From NCBI GenBank assembly GCA_902624015.1, contig CACNVV010000002.1, positions 25,325 through 89,324 of the forward strand: a stretch of DNA of 64,000 nt, in the 5' to 3' direction. This DNA comes from an uncultured Pelagibacteraceae bacterium. GTDB taxonomy: Bacteria; Pseudomonadota; Alphaproteobacteria; Pelagibacterales; Pelagibacteraceae. The notes below the pieces were generated by a model that made no database searches, was not told where the DNA came from, and was given only the letters and a program-made list of their open reading frames with translations. Position 1 is the stretch's first letter. Each line of letters begins with the position of its first letter. A program made the translations under genes and the position numbers. Below, one piece after another: positions 32,823 through 46,740 of this stretch.

Positions 32823-33766
32823 TATGATTGTATTTTTTCTTTAATAATTTTGGCTACTCTATTCGTTTCATCTAATTTTTGATAGTTCCAATTTTCAATT
32901 TCTTCACCTAAGTTTCTAGTAATATTTAATTCTCTAAATAAATTTCTAAAATTCTGAAATCTAACGTCTTTCCTTTTTGGTAAAATATTAGCAACGTAAA
33001 TTGGTTTTCCAGTCAAAGCAGCCTCAGATATCATTGAGCTAGAGTCGCATGTTATGACTATATTTTCTGAAATAGCTAAAGCTGAAAGATAAGCTTTTTT
33101 GTCAACATTCATAATCACAGTGTGATTTTCTCCAAAAAACTCTTTTGCATAATGTATAGTATTTAAAGGTGTTCTCATTGAAGGTATCACCACAAGTTGA
33201 AAGTCATGTTTTTTCAATAATTTGTAGAAAATTGAAAAGATGTGCTTCATATTTTTTGTTGAGTAATCGTAATATTTTGTAGGACCACCCATTATCAAAC
33301 ACCAAACTTTTCTATTATCCTGTTTGATATATGAATTTAAATAACTTCTATTTTCTTCAATTTCATTTTCCGTTAAATAGTGAATTGCACCTTTTGTTTT
33401 AATTACATTTGTGCCGCTTATCCCATCATGTTCGGGAGCAACAATAAAATCAAAATGATTAAAATCCACCTTTGGGTCTTGAATATGAATGTTTAAAACT
33501 TTTTTTTTTGAAATACTTTTTAAGTGAATTGACGGAATCACGCTTTTTCTTCCACATGAAATAATTACATCAAAATCAGACTCGTTTATTTTTTTATAAA
33601 CGTTTTGCGATACTGGTGTTAATTTTGGTGGAATAATTTTCCAAAAATTATTTAGTTCAACTTTATGGTGTGTAAAATCAATATCTAAGGCTTTTGCTAA
33701 ACCTTCTACCTGGCTTATCATGCCATGCATTCCTTGAGTTAATAATAAACCTTTTAATTTAGACAT
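32822..33766 (-). CDS. ELM1/GtrOC1 family protein (putative nucleotide-sugar/glycosyltransferase-like)
   Basis: G..SQ..GLA, ISCGR, IHIQDP, IVAPEHD, GAIH, GG, SMRTP, TCDSSSMISEA..TGKP. Confidence 0.85.
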   Translation of the reverse strand: MSKLKGLLLTQGMHGMISQVEGLAKALDIDFTHHKVELNNFWKIIPPKLTPVSQNVYKKINESDFDVIISCGRKSVIPSIHLKSISKKKVLNIHIQDPKVDFNHFDFIVAPEHDGISGTNVIKTKGAIHYLTENEIEENRSYLNSYIKQDNRKVWCLIMGGPTKYYDYSTKNMKHIFSIFYKLLKKHDFQLVVIPSMRTPLNTIHYAKEFFGENHTVIMNVDKKAYLSALAISENIVITCDSSSMISEAALTGKPIYVANILPKRKDVRFQNFRNLFRELNITRNLGEEIENWNYQKLDETNRVAKIIKEKIQS

Positions 33767-33787
33767 TAATCACTATATAGCTTTCAT

Positions 33788-34732
33788 ATGAGTCAAAATC
33801 CAACTAAACACACAAAAGTGTTAATAATTGGATCTGGTCCTGCCGGATACACAGCAGCAGTTTATGCGGCTCGAGCGATGTTAGATCCAATTTTAGTTTA
33901 TGGTTCTGAACCTGGTGGTCAATTAACAACAACTACTGATGTTGAAAATTTTCCAGGATTTGCTGAAGTTATTCAAGGTCCGTGGTTGATGGATCAAATG
34001 AAAGAACAAGCAAAAGCAGTTGGAACTGAAATGATTGAAGATCATATTGGTTCGGTAAATTTAAAATCTACTCCGTTTGAAGCTATAGGCGATAGTGGGC
34101 AAAAATATACTGCTGATAGCATAATTATTTCTACAGGGGCTCAAGCCAGATGGTTAAATCTTAAATCTGAACAAGAATTTAGAGGATTTGGTGTTTCTGC
34201 GTGCGCTACTTGTGATGGTTTTTTCTTTAAAGATAAAGAGGTAGCAGTTGTTGGAGGAGGTAATGCAGCTGTTGAAGAAGCGATGTTCCTTACAAAGTTT
34301 GCATCCAAAGTTAAATTAATTCATCGAAGAGATAGTTTGAGAGCTGAAAAAATGCTTCAAAAAAAATTAATGGAAAATAAAAAAATAGAAATTATTTGGG
34401 ACTCTGTTGTTGAAGATGTATTGGGAGATCAAGAGCCTAAAAATGTTAAAGGTATTAAAATCAAAAATTTAAAAACAGATAAAACTGAAGAATTAAAACT
34501 AGATGGATTGTTTATCGCTATTGGACATGATCCAGCAACTTCACTCTTCAAAGATCAACTTAAGATGGATAATGAAGGGTATTTAATTACTAAACCGGAT
34601 TCTACTGAAACAAATATTCCTGGAGTTTATGCTGCGGGAGATGTAAAAGACAAAACATTTAGACAAGCTGTAACCGCTGCAGGTATGGGATGTATGGCAG
34701 CATTAGAAGCCGAAAAATTCCTATCTCACTAA
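33788..34732 (+). CDS. trxB: Thioredoxin reductase
   Basis: GSGPAG, CATC active site, GGGNAA, AAGDV. Confidence 0.98.
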   Translation: MSQNPTKHTKVLIIGSGPAGYTAAVYAARAMLDPILVYGSEPGGQLTTTTDVENFPGFAEVIQGPWLMDQMKEQAKAVGTEMIEDHIGSVNLKSTPFEAIGDSGQKYTADSIIISTGAQARWLNLKSEQEFRGFGVSACATCDGFFFKDKEVAVVGGGNAAVEEAMFLTKFASKVKLIHRRDSLRAEKMLQKKLMENKKIEIIWDSVVEDVLGDQEPKNVKGIKIKNLKTDKTEELKLDGLFIAIGHDPATSLFKDQLKMDNEGYLITKPDSTETNIPGVYAAGDVKDKTFRQAVTAAGMGCMAALEAEKFLSH

Positions 34733-35373
34733 TTCAACTATCTCATTTGATTCAAATATACTTTGATTAATATTTTCATTTGCCAACTTTACCATTGCTT
34801 TAGCGACTATTTCTGCCCTAATTGGTTTCATTTTTCTTAAAGGTCCAACTAAAATTGGAGTTAACAATTTAAATAATACTATACCAAATTTTTCACCTAT
34901 TCTTTTTTCTTTTCTATTTCCCAATAAGAAGGATGGTCTCATGATCCCAATTTTATCAAAATTTTGATTTTTAATTTCTTGTTCAACTAATCCTTTGAAT
35001 TTTAAATAATCACCTGAACTTTTTGGATCTGCATAACCAGATGAAACAAAAAAAAATGATTGAATTGAATTTGATTTAGCGATTTGGGCAATTTGTCTAG
35101 GAATATTGAGCTCAATTCTTTCATATTCATTTCTATTAGGTGAGTTTTTTCTTGTTGTACCAATACAAAAAAAACAGTCTTCACCTGTAATATCATTTCT
35201 ATGCTTTTCTAAATTATTAAAATCAGTTTCAATAATTTCAATTTTTGGATTAATAAGTTCTATTTTTGAACGAACAAAAATCTTTATTTTTGAATAATTT
35301 GAATTCAGGATAAGTTCATTAACAAGATGCCCGCCAACTAAACCTGATGAACCAAACACTAGGGCTGTTTTCA

Positions 35374-35374
<1 letters not shown>
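34721..35374 (-). CDS. NAD(P)-binding atypical SDR (TIP30/YraR-like)
   Basis: GSSGLVG, CIGTT, Y...KG, RPS.LLG.R. Confidence 0.85.
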
Positions 35375-38765
<3,391 letters not shown>

Positions 38766-38784
<19 letters not shown>

Positions 38785-39518
38785 TAATTACTGGTGGGGC
38801 TACTCGAATGGGGGCAGCAATTGCCAGAAAATTATCTGGTCCAAATAAAGAAATCTTAATCCATTACAACAAGTCAAAATTAAAAGCAGAAAAATTAAAA
38901 AAAGAATTATCTAACAAAGGTACAAAAGTATACTTAGTCAAAGGTGATTTAAGTAAAGAAACTGATATAAAAAAAATAATTAAATTTGCAAAATCTAAAT
39001 TAAAGTTTTTTGATTGTCTTGTTAATAACGCTTCTTTATTTGAAAATGATAAATTAGAAAATTTTTCATTGGATAGTTGGAGCAAGCATTTAAGAACCAA
39101 TTTAAGAGCACCTGCATTATTAACAAAAGAATTTGCTAAAAATGTTAAAAGTAAAAATAATAATATTATAAATATTATTGATCAAAGAGTTTTCAAATTA
39201 ACTCCTTACTTTTTTTCATACACCCTTAGCAAAACTGGTTTGTATACTTTAACAAAAACTAGCGCTATGAGTTTGGCTCCAAATATAAGAGTAAACGCAA
39301 TTGCACCTGGACCCACTATAAAAAATCAAAGACAATCTGAAAAACATTTCAAAAAGCAATATTTAGCAACACCTCTTAAAAGACAAGTTGATGTGGAACA
39401 AATATGTAATGCTGTTGACTTTTTTATTAAAAATATATCTATTACTGGTCAAGTTTTAGCTATTGATAGTGGTCAAAATCTTAACTGGCAAACCCCAGAT
39501 GTAATGGGTAAAGAATGA
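38766..39518 (+). CDS. SDR oxidoreductase, pteridine reductase/FolM-like
   Basis: TGGATRMG (Arg in the glycine motif as in PTR1/FolM), [22 protein letters not shown]; adjacent to folB. Confidence 0.75.
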
Positions 39519-39940
39519 AAAAAAATAATTTAAAAATTGTCAAAATAGATAAAAATAAAAGCTTATTTAATTATGAGAAAAAAATCCTAATTAATGAATT
39601 AATCTTAGATTTAAAACTTGGTTATTACGATTTTGAAAAAGAAAAACCACAAAAAGTTAAATTTAGTCTTGAAATAGACTATGAAGACAAAAAACCTTCA
39701 AGCGATAAAGATATCAAATCCATTGTTAATTATGGAACTATAGTAAAATTAATTACAAAACTTGTAAAAAAGAAACATTACAATTTCTTAGAAACTTTAG
39801 CAGAAGCTGTTTTTGACGAACTATTTAAAGACAAAAGGATTGCTAAAATAATGTTGAAAATTGAAAAATTAGAAATCTTAAAACAGTGTTCATCTGTTGG
39901 TATTCAAATTACCAAAAAGAGAAGCCATGATAAGCTCTGA
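39515..39940 (+). CDS. folB: Dihydroneopterin aldolase
   Basis: G.Y..E...Q, VNY, LETLAE, K...VGI. Confidence 0.85.
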   Translation: MKKNNLKIVKIDKNKSLFNYEKKILINELILDLKLGYYDFEKEKPQKVKFSLEIDYEDKKPSSDKDIKSIVNYGTIVKLITKLVKKKHYNFLETLAEAVFDELFKDKRIAKIMLKIEKLEILKQCSSVGIQITKKRSHDKL

Positions 39941-41762
39941 AATAGGAAAAGAAGTAATTAAAAAAGAGCTACCTCTAGTACCAAAACTTCCAGGCGTATA
40001 CAGGATGCTTAATGAAAAAAATGAAATTCTTTATGTAGGTAAAGCCAAAAATTTACCAAATAGATTAAAGAGCTATGTTGCAGAAAAAAATCACATAATT
40101 AGAACTGAAAGAATGTTATCTCAAACAAGAAAATTGGAGATAACAACAACATCTAATGAAAGCGAAGCTTTGCTTCTAGAAGCAAATTTAATTAAAAAAC
40201 ATAAACCAAAGTTTAATATCCTATTACGTGATGATAAGTCATTTCCATTTATATTTATTGGTAATAAAGATAAATGGCCTCAAATAAAAAGACATAGAGG
40301 AAAAAAAACAAAAGAAGGTTTTTACTTTGGACCCTTTGCCTCTGCTGGTTCAGCTAATTGGACAATCAAAATGATTCAAAAAATTTTTCATTTAAGAGTT
40401 TGTGATGACACTGTTTTCAGAAATAGAGAAAGACCGTGTATTTTATATCAAATAAAAAGGTGTTCTGGACCTTGTGTGGGATACGTTAAAAAAGAAGATT
40501 ACAATCAAACAGTAGAGGATGCTATTGAATTTGTTTCAGGCAAATCTAGGAAAATTCAAAAAAATCTTTCTAACCAAATGGAAAAGGCAAGTGAAGGTCT
40601 TGATTTTGAAAAAGCTGTAATTTTAAGAGATAGAATCAAAGCATTAAACATAATTCAATCTTCACAGAGAATTAATGAAGCAAACTTAGTTGAGGCTGAT
40701 GTCATTGCTGGATATAAAGAATCTGGAAAAACTTGTATTCAAGTATTTTTTTATAGATCAAAACAAAATTGGGGCAATCAAGCTTTTTTCCCAAAACACG
40801 ATCCAGATGAAAAGTTTAGTGAAATCCTTAATTCATTTGTTTCTCAATTTTATGAAAATAAAAGTGTTCCTTCATCGATTATCCTTTCAGAAGAAATAAA
40901 AGAAAAGGCATTAATTGAAAAAACACTGACCCAAAAAGAAGGTAAACAGATAAATATTACTGTCGCAAAAAAAGGATCAAAACTAAAAGTAATTAATCAA
41001 GCAATTAAAAATGCAAAGGATAGTCTAAATAGAAAACTTTATGAAAGTCAGAATAATAAAGAATTATTCGAGGCAGTGGCTAAAAAATTTAATTTAGAAA
41101 CTAATATAAATTTAATTGAAGTTTATGATAATAGTCATATTCAAGGTACAAATAGTGTTGGTGCTTTAATAGCATATGGTGATGAAGGATTTATTAAAAA
41201 AAGATATAGAAAATTTAATATCAAGCATAAAAGAAATGAGCAAGACGACTATGGAATGATGAGAGAAGTATTAAACAGAAGGTTCAAAAGAGCAGTTCAA
41301 GAAAAAGATAACTATCTTGCTTTTCCTGATTTGGTTCTAGTAGATGGGGGAAAAGGTCAATATTCAGTAGCTAGAGAGAGCCTTAATGAATTAGGACTTC
41401 ACGACATTCCAATTATTGCAATTGCAAAAGGCAAATTTAGAAATAGTGGAAATGAAACTTTTTTTCACAATGGCAAAGAATATAAATTCACTAGAAATGA
41501 CCCTACCCTATTTTTTCTTCAAAGAATAAGAGATGAATCACATAGATTTGCCATAAGCGCTCACAGAGCAAAGAGAAAAAAAGGTATAAGCAAATCTCTG
41601 TTAGATCAAATAGAGGGGATTGGGGCTATAAGAAAAAGAGCTTTATTGAACCATTTTGGATCTGCAAGATCTGTTGAGTCTGCTAGCTTAGATGAAATAA
41701 AATCTGTAGAAGGTGTTGAAGAAAAAGTAGCAAAAAAGATATATAACTTTTTTCACGAATAA
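39927..41762 (+). CDS. uvrC: Excinuclease ABC subunit C
   Basis: [14 protein letters not shown] (GIY-YIG), Cys cluster, [19 protein letters not shown], HhH; ATG at 39927. Confidence 0.97.
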   Translation: MISSEIGKEVIKKELPLVPKLPGVYRMLNEKNEILYVGKAKNLPNRLKSYVAEKNHIIRTERMLSQTRKLEITTTSNESEALLLEANLIKKHKPKFNILLRDDKSFPFIFIGNKDKWPQIKRHRGKKTKEGFYFGPFASAGSANWTIKMIQKIFHLRVCDDTVFRNRERPCILYQIKRCSGPCVGYVKKEDYNQTVEDAIEFVSGKSRKIQKNLSNQMEKASEGLDFEKAVILRDRIKALNIIQSSQRINEANLVEADVIAGYKESGKTCIQVFFYRSKQNWGNQAFFPKHDPDEKFSEILNSFVSQFYENKSVPSSIILSEEIKEKALIEKTLTQKEGKQINITVAKKGSKLKVINQAIKNAKDSLNRKLYESQNNKELFEAVAKKFNLETNINLIEVYDNSHIQGTNSVGALIAYGDEGFIKKRYRKFNIKHKRNEQDDYGMMREVLNRRFKRAVQEKDNYLAFPDLVLVDGGKGQYSVARESLNELGLHDIPIIAIAKGKFRNSGNETFFHNGKEYKFTRNDPTLFFLQRIRDESHRFAISAHRAKRKKGISKSLLDQIEGIGAIRKRALLNHFGSARSVESASLDEIKSVEGVEEKVAKKIYNFFHE

Positions 41763-41764
41763 TT

Positions 41765-42349
41765 ATGCTAAAAAAAATTCCAAACATATTAACGATAGGG
41801 CGAATAATAATTGTTCCTTTTTTTGTTTTAGCTTTTTATCTTCCAGGGTTTTATGGTGATCTTACTGCTTTAATATTGTTTATTATTGCATCATTTACAG
41901 ACTTCTTGGATGGTATGTTGGCTAGAATGTTTGGAGTAGAGTCAAAACTGGGTGAATTATTAGATCCTATAGCTGATAAAATCATTGTTGCTACAGCATT
42001 AATACTTCTGGTTATGGATGGAACAATCAGAAATTATGAAGTAATTGCAGCAATAATAATTCTTACAAGAGAAATTTTAATTTCAGGTTTGAGAGAATTT
42101 TTGGCAAAGGGAAAAATAAAACTTCCTGTTTCAAACCTTGCTAAACTTAAAACAGTATTACAAATGGTATCAATTGCTCTTTTATTGTCTGGAGATACTG
42201 GAAATAAAATAATTAATTTCCAAGATTATAATGCTCAAACTATAGGTATAATTCTTTTGTGGTTATCGGCTGCTTTAACACTTTTTACTGCATATGATTA
42301 TATGCGAAAAGGTATTGATCACGCTATGTCTGAAGACAGTAAAGATTAG
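41765..42349 (+). CDS. pgsA: CDP-diacylglycerol--glycerol-3-phosphate phosphatidyltransferase
   Basis: IPNILT..R, TD.LDG.LAR, G..LDPIADK, RE..ISGLRE. Confidence 0.96.
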   Translation: MLKKIPNILTIGRIIIVPFFVLAFYLPGFYGDLTALILFIIASFTDFLDGMLARMFGVESKLGELLDPIADKIIVATALILLVMDGTIRNYEVIAAIIILTREILISGLREFLAKGKIKLPVSNLAKLKTVLQMVSIALLLSGDTGNKIINFQDYNAQTIGIILLWLSAALTLFTAYDYMRKGIDHAMSEDSKD

Positions 42350-43227
42350 GCTGCTTTTTTCTTCCTAACTAATGCCTGATAACTTTCATTTAAATCAATA
42401 ATAGTATCACAAACTTTAAACTGATTTTCAGCAATACAAGACACTGGTGTTACTTCTGCTGCTGTTCCAGTTAAAAAACATCCAACAAAATTAGGTAATT
42501 CGGTTGGACTAATTTTTCTCTCATGTACTTTTATATTTTTTGATTTTGCAATTCCAATTACTGTTCTTCTTGTAATACCATCTAAAAAGGAATCTGGTAT
42601 TGGAGTGTGAATTTCTCCATTTTTATCTTTGAAAAAAATATTTGCTCCAGTTGCTTCAGCAATATTCCCTTCATGATCAAGCATTAAAGAATCTGTATAT
42701 CCTTGCTTTTCTGCCTCATGTTTTGAGAGTGTACAAATCATGTAAAGACCTGACGCCTTTGTATCCCATGGGATTGTATTAGGTGCAGGCCTTCTCCAAT
42801 TTGAAATATTTAATCTTATTCCTTCTACTTTAAGTTTAGGATCAAAATATGATCCCCATTCCCATGTTGCAATCGCAACATGTATTTTTGTTTGTTGCGC
42901 AGAAATAGCCATCATCTCACTACCTCTCCAAGCAACAGGTCTTACATAACCATTTTCTACTTTTTGGGTTGCTATAATTTTATTGGATGCATTATTGATT
43001 TCTTCTTCTGTATATGGAATTTCAAAACCCATTCTTCTTGCAGAATGAAAAAATCTAGCTGTGTGCTCTTCTAATTTGAAAATTGAACCATCATAAACTC
43101 TCTCACCCTCAAATACACAACTGGCGTAGTGCATACCATGGCTTAAAACATGTAGTTTAACGTCAGCCCAATCAACTAATTCGTTGTTGTACCATATTTT
43201 TCCAGATCGCTTGTCGTAAGGTATCAT
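42346..43227 (-). CDS. ilvE: Branched-chain amino acid aminotransferase
   Basis: HY...FEG, K.SGLY, EATGANIF, L.GITR, FLTGTAAEVTP. Confidence 0.95.
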   Translation of the reverse strand: MIPYDKRSGKIWYNNELVDWADVKLHVLSHGMHYASCVFEGERVYDGSIFKLEEHTARFFHSARRMGFEIPYTEEEINNASNKIIATQKVENGYVRPVAWRGSEMMAISAQQTKIHVAIATWEWGSYFDPKLKVEGIRLNISNWRRPAPNTIPWDTKASGLYMICTLSKHEAEKQGYTDSLMLDHEGNIAEATGANIFFKDKNGEIHTPIPDSFLDGITRRTVIGIAKSKNIKVHERKISPTELPNFVGCFLTGTAAEVTPVSCIAENQFKVCDTIIDLNESYQALVRKKKAA

Positions 43228-43256
43228 GAGTGAAAATTTTTTTAATTTATAAATGA

Positions 43257-43285
43257 AAAATATCTTTGTATCTTTAATATGTCAA
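43257..43285 (-). promoter_or_regulatory. Putative sigma70 promoter for ilvE (TTGACA-N17-TATTTT)
   Basis: Perfect -35 at 43280-43285, 17-nt spacer, -10 at 43257-43262, about 30 nt before the ilvE start. Confidence 0.5.
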
Positions 43286-43300
43286 TATAACTTACCTATT

Positions 43301-43738
43301 ATGAAAGAACTTTTATATTTAAAAGATGACCAGCTTAAAGATCTAATTGAAAAACTATTCGTAAGCTATAGAGAAACCTTTTCTGACTCAAAAAAAATAT
43401 TAGATAGATATTCAATTGGTTTAGCACACCATAAAGTAATTCATTTACTGTCAATGTATGAGGGGATCTCAATTTCTGAGCTGCTTAAGAGATTAAAAGT
43501 AACAAAACAAAGCTTAAATCGTGTTCTCAAAGATTTGATTAAACTTGAAATCGTCATTTTTAAAAAAGATGACCAAGATACTAGAGTAAAGCATGTTTTT
43601 CTTAATGATAAAGGTAAAAAAATTTTTAATGAAATTTTCAATTTACAAAAAAAGAGAATTTATAATGCTTTGCTAAATTCAAGTTCTGAAGAAGTTATTA
43701 ATTTTGATAATGTACTAAGTAAAATAATTAATGGATAA
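43301..43738 (+). CDS. MarR family regulator (PetP-like)
   Basis: wHTH ISELL..LKVTKQSLNRVL..L, D.R; start moved to ATG at 43301. Confidence 0.88.
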   Translation: MKELLYLKDDQLKDLIEKLFVSYRETFSDSKKILDRYSIGLAHHKVIHLLSMYEGISISELLKRLKVTKQSLNRVLKDLIKLEIVIFKKDDQDTRVKHVFLNDKGKKIFNEIFNLQKKRIYNALLNSSSEEVINFDNVLSKIING

Positions 43739-44408
43739 GTTTATTGCACATATACTAGTGGTTGATGATGATGATGGAATTAGATCTCTTGTAAAAAAGT
43801 ATTTAAATGAAAATAAATTTTTAGTCACTACTGCTGAAAGTGCAGAAAATGCATCAGAGAAAATCAAAATAATTAAGTTTGATTTGATAGTTTTGGATAT
43901 CATGATGCCTGGTAAAAGTGGACTTGAATTTTTAAAAGAAAATAAAAAAAAATTAGATACACCAGTAATACTTCTCACTGCCAAAGGTGAAGCAAGTGAA
44001 AGAGTTGAGGGGTTAGAGATTGGTGCTGATGATTATTTACCAAAACCATTTGAACCAAAAGAATTAATTCTAAGAATACAGAACATATTAAATAAAACTA
44101 TCAAAACAGATCAGAAAAGGGTTATAGAATTCGCAAATGTGAAAATTGATTTGAATAAACTTTTAATATTTAAAAGTGATAAAGAATTTAAGATTAATGC
44201 AACGGAAAAAACGATTTTAGAAAAAATGATTAATAACCCAGGCAAAACATTTTCTAGGGAAGATATTGGTCAATTAATTAATCTAGATAAAGAGAGATCA
44301 ATAGATGTTATTATTACTCGGCTAAGAAAAAAAATTGAAATTGATCCAAAAAATCCAAAATTTTTACAAACAATAAGAGGTGCAGGATATGTTCTCTGGA
44401 TTGAGTGA
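43731..44408 (+). CDS. OmpR family response regulator (PetR/OmpR-like)
   Basis: VVDDD, LDIMMP, LLTAKG, GADDY.PKPF, RSIDV.ITRLR.KIE, RG.GY. Confidence 0.95.
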   Translation: MDKFIAHILVVDDDDGIRSLVKKYLNENKFLVTTAESAENASEKIKIIKFDLIVLDIMMPGKSGLEFLKENKKKLDTPVILLTAKGEASERVEGLEIGADDYLPKPFEPKELILRIQNILNKTIKTDQKRVIEFANVKIDLNKLLIFKSDKEFKINATEKTILEKMINNPGKTFSREDIGQLINLDKERSIDVIITRLRKKIEIDPKNPKFLQTIRGAGYVLWIE

Positions 44409-45708
44409 TTACTTAAAAAAAATATTACCAAAAAGATTATTTTATAGAGCACTTCTTATAGTTGCTATTCCAGTTTTGGTTTTGCAACTAGTAATTACAA
44501 TTGTTTTTTTTGATAGCCTTTGGATCAAAACAAACAAAGGTATGACAAGAACCTTGGTAAATGAAATTAGCACATTTATTGAAGCCTATGGAAGTGAGCA
44601 AGAAAATAAACAAGAGTTGCTAGATCTTTTTTCCATATTTTTAGATTTAAATATTGAGTTCACCAATAACGAAAAATTACAAAATACAGATACTGAAAGA
44701 TGGTTTAGTCCTATAGATAGAACTTTAAGAAGAGAACTAAAATCTAAATTTGGATTAGATGAATACTGGTTTGATACAACAAGTTATAAAGAATTAATTG
44801 ATTTAAGAATTAAATACGAAGATGGTTATTTTAAATTTTTAGTGCCTAAAGATAGGGTTGCAAGTTCTTCAGCAAGAATATTTGCACTTTGGATCACAGT
44901 ACCTGCAATTATAATGGTGATCATTTCTCTAATATTTTTAAAAAATCAAACTAGACCAATCACAAATCTAGCTCGTGCGGCTGAAAGGTTTGGTAAGGGA
45001 GAAAATATTGAAGAGTTCAAACCTTCTGGAGCCCTTGAAATAAGACAAGCAGGACATGAATTTGATAAAATGAGAAAGAGAATTGAAAGACACTTAAATC
45101 AAAGAACAGAAATGTTATCTGGAATAAGTCACGATTTAAGGACACCCTTAACAAGGATGAAACTACAATTAGCTTTTATAAAAGATAAAGAAACTGTTAA
45201 TAAATTGACTGAAGATATCAATGAAATGGAGAAAATGCTAAATGAATATTTGCAATTCACCAGCTCATCATATGTTGGAAAAGATGAAATGTTTAATCTA
45301 TCTGAATTAATTTCAGAAGTTATTGAAAAATATAATAACGAAAATATTTCACAAAACTTAACACCAAGAATTTACTTTAATGGCAGGAAAAATTTAATTA
45401 ATAGGTGTCTTAATAATCTAATTGATAATTCACTGAAATATGCAAATAAAGTTGAAATTAACTTAAGTAAAAAAAATACCAACTTATTCATTGTTATTGA
45501 TGATGATGGTCCTGGAATACCAAAAGATGAGTATGAAAATGTATTTAAACCTTTCTATAAAATAGATAAGGGTCGAGCAGACTCTAAATCAAGTGTTGGT
45601 CTTGGCTTATCAATTTCATCAGACATTATCAAATCACATGGAGGAAATATAATGTTAGAAAAATCAAAAATGGATGGTTTAAGAGTTAAGGTTTTCTTGC
45701 CTGTTTAA
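44389..45708 (+). CDS. EnvZ-like sensor histidine kinase
   Basis: Two TM helices, HAMP, H-box SHDLRTPLTR, N-box, DDGPGI, GLGL. Confidence 0.93.
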   Translation: MFSGLSDYLKKILPKRLFYRALLIVAIPVLVLQLVITIVFFDSLWIKTNKGMTRTLVNEISTFIEAYGSEQENKQELLDLFSIFLDLNIEFTNNEKLQNTDTERWFSPIDRTLRRELKSKFGLDEYWFDTTSYKELIDLRIKYEDGYFKFLVPKDRVASSSARIFALWITVPAIIMVIISLIFLKNQTRPITNLARAAERFGKGENIEEFKPSGALEIRQAGHEFDKMRKRIERHLNQRTEMLSGISHDLRTPLTRMKLQLAFIKDKETVNKLTEDINEMEKMLNEYLQFTSSSYVGKDEMFNLSELISEVIEKYNNENISQNLTPRIYFNGRKNLINRCLNNLIDNSLKYANKVEINLSKKNTNLFIVIDDDGPGIPKDEYENVFKPFYKIDKGRADSKSSVGLGLSISSDIIKSHGGNIMLEKSKMDGLRVKVFLPV

Positions 45709-45937
45709 CTTTTTTTACTTTTTTTTTGTCAAGTTTATTTATTTTATTTTCAAGACTCTCAACACGTTTTGAGAGTACTTCAAACTCATCTTTACTGGTA
45801 AGTTTCATTTTAAAAACAAACTCATCTCTTTTGGATTTTAAGATATTAAATAATTCAGTAGTTAAGTCTTTTGAAGATACTAGTCCCTGCTCTATTAATT
45901 TAGCAAACTTATCAATTATAAATTTAGAATTTTTCAT
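45686..45937 (-). CDS. UbiK/BMFP-like small coiled-coil protein
   Basis: L.SKDEFEVL..RV..LE motif; divergent from lgt as in other alphaproteobacteria. Confidence 0.7.
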   Translation of the reverse strand: MKNSKFIIDKFAKLIEQGLVSSKDLTTELFNILKSKRDEFVFKMKLTSKDEFEVLSKRVESLENKINKLDKKKVKKVKQARKP

Positions 45938-45969
45938 ATTTAAGATATACATTATAAGTATTATTATAA

Positions 45970-46740
45970 ATGTTCATTAATAATTTTGACCCAGTAGCAT
46001 TAGAAATATTTTCTTTTGAAATTAGGTGGTATTCTTTAGCTTATATATTTGGAATTATATTAGGCTGGATTCTGGCAAAAAAATTATTTATCCAAGACAT
46101 AGAAGTTAAAAATAAATTTGATGATTATTTAACTTATTTAATTATAGGTATAATTTTAGGAGGAAGACTTGGTTATATTATTATTTATAATTTAAGTTTT
46201 TATATAAATAATCCATTAGATATATTTAAAATTTGGCAGGGAGGAATGTCCTTCCATGGTGGTTTAATTGGAGTTATTTTTGCATCTATATTTTTCGCAA
46301 AAAAAAATAATCAAAACCCATTCTTATATTTGGATATTGTCGCTTTAGTAGCTCCAGTGGGGTTATTTTTTGGACGAATAGCAAACTTTATAAATTCAGA
46401 GTTATATGGAACTATAACTAATGTACCCTGGGCAGTAACATTTGTTCAGATAGATAATCTTCCTAGGCATCCCTCGCAATTATATGAAGCACTATTAGAA
46501 GGTTTATTTTTATTTTTATTATTAATTTATTTTAAAAACAAATTTTCAAATAAACCTGGTGTAATTTCAGGATTATTTTTAATAATTTACTCAATCTTCA
46601 GATTTATTGTTGAATTTTATAGAGTTCCAGACGAACAGCTAGGTTATATATTTTTAAACTTAACAATGGGGCAAGTAGTAAGTTTAATATTTATATTATC
46701 AGGGGTAATCTTATTTTATTTAAAATATGAAACTCGCTAA
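45970..46740 (+). CDS. lgt: Prolipoprotein diacylglyceryl transferase
   Basis: IRWY, GGRLGY, GGMSFHGG, GRIANFIN.E, HPSQLYE. Confidence 0.98.
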   Translation: MFINNFDPVALEIFSFEIRWYSLAYIFGIILGWILAKKLFIQDIEVKNKFDDYLTYLIIGIILGGRLGYIIIYNLSFYINNPLDIFKIWQGGMSFHGGLIGVIFASIFFAKKNNQNPFLYLDIVALVAPVGLFFGRIANFINSELYGTITNVPWAVTFVQIDNLPRHPSQLYEALLEGLFLFLLLIYFKNKFSNKPGVISGLFLIIYSIFRFIVEFYRVPDEQLGYIFLNLTMGQVVSLIFILSGVILFYLKYETR

